IMG/VR virus record: IMGVR_UViG_3300022744_000027 | Span: 12,806 to 76,805 of that record | Length of the DNA stretch: 64,000 bases | Origin: a virus | Lineage: Duplodnaviria; Caudoviricetes | Direction: 5' to 3' (one strand) | Shown here: positions 1-6,519 of the stretch, in pieces | How the letters are laid out: every line of letters starts with the position of its first letter | How positions within the stretch are numbered: position 1 is the first letter of the stretch | Program-made: the position numbers and the translations under genes | The notes under the pieces: model-generated | Told to the model about the DNA's origin: nothing | The model's input: the letters and a program-made list of their open reading frames with translations, nothing else | Database searches by the model: none

Positions 1-2005
1 CAGCGCGGTATTCCTCCGTGCGCCCTGCCCCGACCTTTTGGAAGAAGTCGGCGGATTGCACGTCGGACAGGATGTCGGCTGGAGCATCGCCGTCTGCGGC
101 CCGCGCACCAATGTAGGTTTTTAGGCTGGCCTGCAGGTCTTCACCAGGTTGGAACGGCTGCGCCATGCGCTCGGCCACGCCGGGCTTCACGTCCATGACC
201 ATGTCGGGCCGATTGGCGACGCCCATGGGTAGCCAGCCGTCCTCGTCGTGGTCGCCGCGCATGATCGCCAGATTGCGCCGCACTTGGGCAATGTCCTCGC
301 GCGCAACGGGCTTGGCCAGGCGCGACATGCCAGCAGGCGTGACGGTGAGGAACGTGTCGCCACCGACCTTCTCCATCGCGTAATCGCCGGGCTGAAGCCC
401 GATGGCGCGAACCTGCGTGATCGCCGCCTCTGGCGATGTGTTGCCAAGGGATACCTGAAAGTCGCCGGAACCAGGGCCTTTCATGGCCACCACCAGCGCG
501 GCGTTCGCCTCCATCTCGCCTAATGCCTGCCCCAAGATGCGCTGAGCATCCCCGACAGCAGCGCGGCGGCGCGAATTCAGCTCTTGGGCTACGGCTAGGT
601 CGGCGCCTGTTTTGGCCTCGTCCGAGAGGTCGATGGCGGCCGCGGCGTCGGTCAGCTCCCGCGCCTGCTTTAGCGCCTTGGTGCTGGTGGTCATGTAGTG
701 GTTGACGTGCCAGTCCTGGATGCCATCGGCGACGTGCTGAACCTCGTCAGGGTTGAGGTCGGAGTGAAGGCGGCGCGCCAGCACCTGAGCGGCCCCAGCA
801 ACACCCAGCACATCCACCACGGAGCGATCCACAAGCGCGTCGCCACCCACGGCCATGGCCAGTGCGTTGATGCTGTTGTACGCCCCAACGCCCATGTGCC
901 CACCAAGGGTCTCGTTTGGCTGAGCTCCTGCGATTTTGCCGACTTCGGACAGAAAAGCGCGGGTCTGAGCGGTGCGCAGGTCGTTCTTGAGGTCTTCCTG
1001 CACCGAAGCGTCCACGTCGTCCGTGGTCTCCAGCACGAAGGCCTTGGGCTCAACGGGTGACTTGTCCACGTCGGCGTTGGCCTCTCGGGCGGCCTTTTCG
1101 ATGAGTGCGAGCTTCTTGCCCTCCCTCACCAGATCGAGGGCGTCCTTGGCGGAAATCAGGCTGGCGTCAGCCTTTGGTGCGGCGGGCTCCTTGATGCCGG
1201 CCAGCTCCTGTTTGATCAGTTTGGCGGCGTCGCCCTTGGCCAGAGCCTTCTGCCGCTGCTCGGGCGTCATGCCGCCAGTTTTCACTTCGACCGCTTCGGA
1301 TTCGAGTTTCTCCTGCGACAGCCCGGCAGCCTCGGCGCGGCCTTTGTAGTCGGCTTGGAACCCCATCCCGGCACCAGGTGGGCGAACGGGATCGAGGTCC
1401 GCGGCGGCAATCTCGTCGGGCGAATCGGAGAACAGCGGAACCTCGCCAACGCCAGCCTCTTCGCGCGCGGCGGGGCTGATCACCAACATTTGACGGCTCT
1501 GCTGGATGACCTCTTTGGCCTTGCTGAGCAAGTCGCGGTGGAATTTTGACCGCACCTTGTCGCGTGCGGATTCGGACAAATGCTCATAGTCGGCCTCGGG
1601 GAACTCCATGTCCTCGGGTGCCCAGCCTGCCTTTTTGGCGACGGCGCTGATGACCGACTGCTCGGCCTTCTTGCGCTGTTCGGCAATGTCCTTGCGGACC
1701 TGCTCCTTGGCACCATGGATGCCGGCAGCCTTGTCGGCGGCCATTTGTTCCTTGCGTGCGGCACGCTTATCGGCGGCCTTTTTTCCGGCTTCAGCCTTGT
1801 AATCAGAGTGCGATTTAACGCCTCGCAGCTTGAGGTAGTTCAAGCTGCCGCCAGCGCCACCAATGACGCGAGCAGAGCCATCCGGGTGCGGCTGGATGAG
1901 CACGGCCTGACCCTTTGAGCCTGGGCCGTTTGGGTGGACTGTGATCCACCGCGCGTCAGCAGGAATTGCGTCAGCCTTGATGAGAAGTCGTGGGATTTGC
2001 CGCAT
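1..2005 (-). CDS. N-terminal ~668 aa of a very large late protein (putative head-packaged protein); runs off the window
   Basis: Absent from the ORF track because no stop lies in the window. Frame starts MRQIPRLLIKADAIPADARWITVHPNG at ATG 2005 and is open in both end regions translated by hand (...QSADFFQKVGAGRTEEYRA at the edge); late-type promoter 14 nt upstream. Confidence 0.8.
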   Translation of the reverse strand, partial: MRQIPRLLIKADAIPADARWITVHPNGPGSKGQAVLIQPHPDGSARVIGGAGGSLNYLKLRGVKSHSDYKAEAGKKAADKRAARKEQMAADKAAGIHGAKEQVRKDIAEQRKKAEQSVISAVAKKAGWAPEDMEFPEADYEHLSESARDKVRSKFHRDLLSKAKEVIQQSRQMLVISPAAREEAGVGEVPLFSDSPDEIAAADLDPVRPPGAGMGFQADYKGRAEAAGLSQEKLESEAVEVKTGGMTPEQRQKALAKGDAAKLIKQELAGIKEPAAPKADASLISAKDALDLVREGKKLALIEKAAREANADVDKSPVEPKAFVLETTDDVDASVQEDLKNDLRTAQTRAFLSEVGKIAGAQPNETLGGHMGVGAYNSINALAMAVGGDALVDRSVVDVLGVAGAAQVLARRLHSDLNPDEVQHVADGIQDWHVNHYMTTSTKALKQARELTDAAAAIDLSDEAKTGADLAVAQELNSRRRAAVGDAQRILGQALGEMEANAALVVAMKGPGSGDFQVSLGNTSPEAAITQVRAIGLQPGDYAMEKVGGDTFLTVTPAGMSRLAKPVAREDIAQVRRNLAIMRGDHDEDGWLPMGVANRPDMVMDVKPGVAERMAQPFQPGEDLQASLKTYIGARAADGDAPADILSDVQSADFFQKVGAGRTEEYRA

Positions 2006-2011
2006 CGTCAG

Positions 2012-2027
2012 AGGATACGGTCACGAC
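2012..2027 (-). promoter_or_regulatory. Late-type promoter GTCGTGAC-cg-TATCCT (leaderless, ATG 6 nt after -10)
   Basis: Recurrent motif with fixed spacing. Confidence 0.7.
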
Positions 2028-2107
2028 GAGCATGATTCTTTTGGCTTAGAGACTTCGCCGACTTTGTGTGCTCTTACGCTGCGCCACAACAAAAACGGGG
2101 GGCACGG

Positions 2108-2440
2108 GTGGGGGACAGCAAACACGCTCGCATTGAGCGCGCGGTAATGCTCGCTAAGTCGGACGAGGGGGTAAACGCCAGCCTGGGGGAGATGGCCGAT
2201 TGCGCGTGCATGAGCCGCTTCCACTTCGCCCGCGTTTTTCGTGACGTTACAGGCAAAACTCCGATGGAGTACGTGCTCGAACAGAAGATCGAGTGCGCCA
2301 AGAGGCGACTGGCCACGGGTCGCTGCAGCATCGCGGCCGTCGCGGTGATGTGCGGATTTTCAGACCAATCACACCTGACGCGGGTGTTTAGGCGCAGCCA
2401 GGGGGAAACCCCGGCGCAATTCAAGCGCCGCCAAGAATAG
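2108..2440 (+). CDS. Stand-alone AraC-family HTH transcriptional regulator
   Basis: LGEMADCACMSRFHFARVFRDVTG and SIAAVAVMCGFSDQSHLTRVFRR...GETP double-HTH signature; start uncertain (2066-2147). Confidence 0.85.
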   Translation: MGDSKHARIERAVMLAKSDEGVNASLGEMADCACMSRFHFARVFRDVTGKTPMEYVLEQKIECAKRRLATGRCSIAAVAVMCGFSDQSHLTRVFRRSQGETPAQFKRRQE

Positions 2441-3578
2441 CCCGCAGCTCATCGCCGAACGCTGGGTCGTCTCCCGGAGCGTCCTCGATCACAGGCACCC
2501 ACCGGCCACGGCAGTGCGGGTGGGCCAGCCCGGCCGGGATTTGCCACATCTCGTCGGGCTCGCGGTCCACCAGCACGTCGCCGACGCGCTTCTTCGGAGA
2601 GGCAGAGCGGCCCACGTTGTTCTTGCCGGGCCAGATCATGGTGTCGGGGTTTTTGTCCGGGTGGTCGGCGGCGACGACCGTGACCACGCGGCCATCGATG
2701 CCGCGGCAAAAGGCGCACGCGCCCTCGTACCGCTCGACGCGCTGCACCTTGGTGCCAGGCTTCAGGCTGGCGATGTAGCCCTGCAGCTGGGCCTCGCCAG
2801 CCTCGGTGACGGCGATGCGCCGCCAATCCCGATTGAGGGCGCCGAACTCGTCCAGCAGCTTGGTCTCCAGGCTGCTGGTGCCCGGCGGCAGGTTGCCCAG
2901 CGCCCTCTGCTCCAGATCGGCGGCCACCAAGGCGCGCAGGCGGTGGCGGGTGTTGTCGGACAGGGCCTGCACGTGCTCGGCGGCGCGGGCGCGGGCGAAC
3001 GTGAGCACGGCCTGGGTGGCGGCAGACAATCCGGTGGCCTGCGCAGCCGACGAAGGCAGCGCCGCCAGAATGGCGTCGGCCTGCTTCGCCGTGGGCGTCT
3101 TGCCTTCGAGGTTGGCCTGCACCTTGCCCATCATCGTGGCCTTGGTGGCCAGCCAGTCGGCCTCGGCCACCAGCTCGCCAGCGGGCAGGTGTCGCTGCAC
3201 CACGTACTCGATGGCGAGAAGGTGGTCGTCCAGCGTCCAGACGGCGGGCGGCAGGCTTTCCAGGTACAGGCGGGCCAGGGACAGCTCGGCCTCGTTCCAG
3301 CGGGAAAGCATGCCGGGCGGCGTGGGCTGGATGGATGCGGTGGGAATGTGATTCGCGCCAGACTGCCAGGCCAGCAGCTGCTGGTGCACGGCATCCAAGC
3401 GGGCCAGGCCGCGCTCGGTGAACAACTCGATCAGGCGGCGCACCAGGGGGGAATCGTGGGGCTTCCAGATTTTGTCAGAACCGTGGTCGTGGCCATCCGA
3501 CAATGCCTTGTAGAGCCCCTCCAGCATGTCGTTGGTGGCGCGGATTGGCACATGCAAGAGATCGAGGAATAAGCCCAT
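2421..3578 (-). CDS. Phage head morphogenesis (MuF/SPP1 gp7-like) minor head protein
   Basis: RIAVTE, CxxC and HPHCRG motifs; late-type promoter. Confidence 0.75.
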   Translation of the reverse strand: MGLFLDLLHVPIRATNDMLEGLYKALSDGHDHGSDKIWKPHDSPLVRRLIELFTERGLARLDAVHQQLLAWQSGANHIPTASIQPTPPGMLSRWNEAELSLARLYLESLPPAVWTLDDHLLAIEYVVQRHLPAGELVAEADWLATKATMMGKVQANLEGKTPTAKQADAILAALPSSAAQATGLSAATQAVLTFARARAAEHVQALSDNTRHRLRALVAADLEQRALGNLPPGTSSLETKLLDEFGALNRDWRRIAVTEAGEAQLQGYIASLKPGTKVQRVERYEGACAFCRGIDGRVVTVVAADHPDKNPDTMIWPGKNNVGRSASPKKRVGDVLVDREPDEMWQIPAGLAHPHCRGRWVPVIEDAPGDDPAFGDELRAILGGA

Positions 3579-3584
3579 CCGGGC

Positions 3585-3600
3585 AGTGTCGCGTCACGAC
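3585..3600 (-). promoter_or_regulatory. Late-type promoter GTCGTGAC-gc-GACACT (leaderless)
   Basis: Motif 14 nt before ATG 3578. Confidence 0.7.
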
Positions 3601-3626
3601 AAAAAAACCCGGCACGAGGCCGGGTT
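3601..3626 (-). terminator. Intrinsic terminator
   Basis: AACCCGGC-CTCGT-GCCGGGTT followed by a T-tract on the minus strand. Confidence 0.8.
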
Positions 3627-3735
3627 CAAAACTCCTGCCCAGGGAGGAAAGGCCGGCCACCTGTAGAGTGGAAGGTCGGCAAGCCTGCCGCACGGGGCAT
3701 GGAGCCCACTACGGCGGCAGAGCGTGCCTAAAATG

Positions 3736-3943
3736 TTGATGGTGGCCGGTGCTGATCTCCGGCTTTGAGGCTATGGGCGTGTGGTGCCGCCCCGTTTTAC
3801 GTCTTGTCCTGCGCCATACAGAGCGGTGTTTATCCGCACTGGGCAGCTCAGGTCTTGCCCGCACCATCTGTAGCTCCACCACAGAACACCGAACAAGTCC
3901 TAGCTCTCACGATTCGCGCATCAGCCTGCGCATTCACCATCAA
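3736..3943 (-). ncRNA. Putative structured tRNA-like RNA (~208 nt)
   Basis: 9-bp closing stem TTGATGGTG/CACCATCAA; hairpins GCGCA-GGCTGA-TGCGC and GCCGG-AGATCAGCA-CCGGC with complementary loops; multi-hairpin insert; no convincing ORF. Confidence 0.55.
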
Positions 3944-4012
3944 TTCAGCACCCGACTTGCCCGGCGCACCAGCTTGTAGCCGACAAGCAGAGGACGGGTG
4001 CTGAATTGATGG
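3937..4012. repeat. Perfect 18-bp inverted repeat
   Basis: CCATCAATTCAGCACCCG (3937-3954) and CGGGTGCTGAATTGATGG (3995-4012). Confidence 0.9.
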
Positions 4013-4177
4013 CTCCGGGCCCTGCCCCCGGAAGGTTGTCGCGGCTCTCACGCGCATCAGCCGGGAAACCCCAGCCTGCCGGTTACGCTATCCGGCTCCG
4101 TGACGAGCAACTGAACTGCTCGCTGGTCGGCGGAACGAACTATACAACAACTTTATCGGAGCAGCGCGTTCACCGCG

Positions 4178-4212
4178 AAAAAATGGTGGCGTGCTACCAA
4201 CACGCCACCATT
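4178..4212 (-). terminator. Intrinsic terminator ending the portal operon
   Basis: AATGGTGGCGTG...CACGCCACCATT stem plus T-tract on the minus strand. Confidence 0.7.
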
Positions 4213-4364
4213 CTAACCCACCATTCGACTACGGGCGAACCCGCTGGCGGGAGCGTTTTCAGCGCATCTGCCTGGGACTGTTACCAGCCGAGGAACCCGG
4301 CTGCGCGGGTTGAAAGTTCTCCCGGCGGTTTAGCCCCCGCCGGACCTGCCAGACTTCAGGTGTT

Positions 4365-4577
4365 CTAGGGCGCGCTGCTGATTCCAAGGAGCATCAAAAT
4401 AAGCGCCTCTTCTTCCTGTTGCCGGCGCTTTCGCGCCAGCGCCTCTGTGTTGGTGCTGGTGTATGGCGACGGCTGCGGAGACCAGTCGTAATTGTTTGTC
4501 GGTGCAACCGGTGCCAGCATTCGGCCAAATGAATTGCCGAATGCCTTGCCAAACGACAGGCCCCATGCTGAAGCCAT
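4365..4577 (-). CDS. Small hypothetical protein
   Basis: Abuts upstream gene; MASAWGLSFGKAFGNSFG start. Confidence 0.65.
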   Translation of the reverse strand: MASAWGLSFGKAFGNSFGRMLAPVAPTNNYDWSPQPSPYTSTNTEALARKRRQQEEEALILMLLGISSAP

Positions 4578-5099
4578 TTAAGCCCCCGGGCCCCATGGGT
4601 CCGTGTCGCTACCCGTCCCGCCCAACTCTTGTCCTCTGACTTGCACCAAGTTGACCGGCAACGGGGCTGCGTGCAGGGCCGCCATCATTGTCGCCCGCAC
4701 TGTGTCAGCGATCTCTTGAGCTGTTGGGGCCGTCGTCCCAACGGCGATGGCCTGGACCGGCTGCTGGTAATTCACCCGCACGGCATACCCACCCAGCGTG
4801 GGCACAAACGGGTCGCCCCCGCCCTCCACCAGCAAAACGCCCTCCGTCACGGCAAGCGTGTGGTCAGCCTCCATGGGGCGAATGCGCCAGCCGTTTTGCA
4901 GGTACACGTAAAATGGCACCGCCGTGCCCTGCGCCGGGTCGATCTGGTCGCCGCCAAGCAGCCGCAAGGCCATGGGGTATTTGCCGTTGTCGGCCGTGGC
5001 GTGCCAGCGCACCCACTCGCTCCACAGGGTGCGCACACTCAAGGTGCCACCAGCGTCTGAAACAATCAGGCGTGCAGTTCCGTCAAAGCTCAGGGCCAT
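4578..5099 (-). CDS. Hypothetical virion-associated protein
   Basis: Likely start MALSFDG (RBS GGAG); N-terminus resembles the neighbouring 465-aa protein (LYSxxVxxW, P+xxLxG). Confidence 0.7.
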   Translation of the reverse strand: MALSFDGTARLIVSDAGGTLSVRTLWSEWVRWHATADNGKYPMALRLLGGDQIDPAQGTAVPFYVYLQNGWRIRPMEADHTLAVTEGVLLVEGGGDPFVPTLGGYAVRVNYQQPVQAIAVGTTAPTAQEIADTVRATMMAALHAAPLPVNLVQVRGQELGGTGSDTDPWGPGA

Positions 5100-5109
5100 G
5101 CCAGCTCCA

Positions 5110-6507
5110 TCACTGGTATGCGCGGTCGGTTTCCGCAATCATCGCAATCGTGATGCCCTTGGAGCGCGCAATCGTGCCGCCAAACAGCACCGGCTTTGCA
5201 AAGCCCGGGCGCCCCGCCACCACGGTGACGTTGGCATCGGTGCCCGCCGTGCGCCCGCCTTGCGCGTTGCTGTCATAGGCAAACGTGAATGAGGTGGTGG
5301 CGGTGGTGATAGTGCCCGCGATGGGGTTGCCCGCCGCATCGTTCACCGTTACCGCGCCGCTCTCGCCGAAGTCGTCCAGCGAGCCGGGCAGCGTGGTGAA
5401 GAACATGCGGTAATAGCTGCCCGCACCCACCAACGCTGCGTTTGCCGTGATATAGCCGCCGCTGGTGTACGGGTAAACGCGCCCGATACCGTTTTGGTCA
5501 GTGAAAATCACGCGGTTGCTGTCGTTGCCGTCGATGTTGGAAACGAAAACGCCCTGCGCCGTGATCAGCGTATCGCCCTCGAAGCGCATCAGTAGGTCAG
5601 CAGTTTTCCCGTTGACCGCCCCAGCACCACTGTCAATATCCGTGTTCTGGCGTAACAGGTACTGTACCTTCGCATATACCTGCTCCAGCGTCGCCCCGTT
5701 GCCCTCAACGATCACGCGGAAGGGGTATGCACCGGCCCCGATGGTTTGGTTCTGGTCGGCCCCGTAGTAGGTTACGGTAATACCGTTGTAAGGCGCACTG
5801 GCCATCGCCGCATCGGCCGCCGCCTTGTTGCTGCCCAGCAAATTGGTGATCTTGAAGTCTTGCTGGTTGGCCAGCAAAAGGTTCACCTTGAAAGCGCCCG
5901 TGCCGGTTTCGCCGGTGTCTGAAAGCGTGCTGTCGTCATAGGTGTAGCCGTACTCGCGCACGTAGCCCTTGAGGTAGGCACGGGTGTCGAAGTTTCCATT
6001 GGCGGCATCGCCAAACACCTGAATGCCCAGGTTTGCCGCATCGGTGAACGTGAAGTTAATTGCGGCCCCGCCAACCGCTTTTTGGTAATACTGCTGCGCC
6101 CCGCTGTTCACATCGCCAAGTGCCACCGCGCCAACATACACGCGGTTCAATGTACCTGTGTCGGTGAAGCCGGGGAGCGCCGCCGTACTGCTCCACTCCT
6201 CCCAACCGCCGTCGCGGAGCATGTTGCGGGTCGCGTCGTTCTTTGGCTTCCAGCTGTTGTATTTGCGGCCATCCGTGCCGAATTGCCACTGGCCTGATTT
6301 GGCGTCCAGCGCATAAATGGGGAATGGGCTGTCCTGATAGGGCGCAGTTGTCCACAGGTCAACCAGCTTGGAATACAGGGCCTGGATGGTCACGCCGTCC
6401 TTAGCCACAAGGTTTCCAGCCGCCACCAGCTCGAATGTGCGGGCCGGTTCATCAAGTATCAGCTCTGTTCCGATATTGATCAGTGATTTTGAGGTGATTT
6501 TTGCCAT
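5110..6507 (-). CDS. Putative virion structural protein (465 aa, G/T/N/A-rich)
   Basis: Long ORF, RBS GGAGG, composition typical of beta-rich structural proteins. Confidence 0.75.
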   Translation of the reverse strand: MAKITSKSLINIGTELILDEPARTFELVAAGNLVAKDGVTIQALYSKLVDLWTTAPYQDSPFPIYALDAKSGQWQFGTDGRKYNSWKPKNDATRNMLRDGGWEEWSSTAALPGFTDTGTLNRVYVGAVALGDVNSGAQQYYQKAVGGAAINFTFTDAANLGIQVFGDAANGNFDTRAYLKGYVREYGYTYDDSTLSDTGETGTGAFKVNLLLANQQDFKITNLLGSNKAAADAAMASAPYNGITVTYYGADQNQTIGAGAYPFRVIVEGNGATLEQVYAKVQYLLRQNTDIDSGAGAVNGKTADLLMRFEGDTLITAQGVFVSNIDGNDSNRVIFTDQNGIGRVYPYTSGGYITANAALVGAGSYYRMFFTTLPGSLDDFGESGAVTVNDAAGNPIAGTITTATTSFTFAYDSNAQGGRTAGTDANVTVVAGRPGFAKPVLFGGTIARSKGITIAMIAETDRAYQ

Positions 6508-6519
6508 GTTGGCCTCCAG

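Noticed and set aside
2514-3572. Long antisense ORFs (also 9266-10312, 23028-24647, 26579-27727, 45827-47137, 49702-51048, 61718-62821)
   Set aside because: Shadow frames of well-supported genes in high-GC DNA; no motifs or RBS
4034-4064. Hammerhead-like CUGAUG...stem...ACAA on the minus strand
   Set aside because: Lacks the CUGAnGA and GAAA catalytic core
4324-4343. GCGGGGGCTAAACCG resembling the 3' half of a type I-E CRISPR repeat
   Set aside because: Partial match only, no 5' half, no array or cas genes; no CRISPR array seen anywhere in the window
3749-4368. Short ORFs in the ncRNA region
   Set aside because: No RBS, atypical composition, and they span terminators and hairpins
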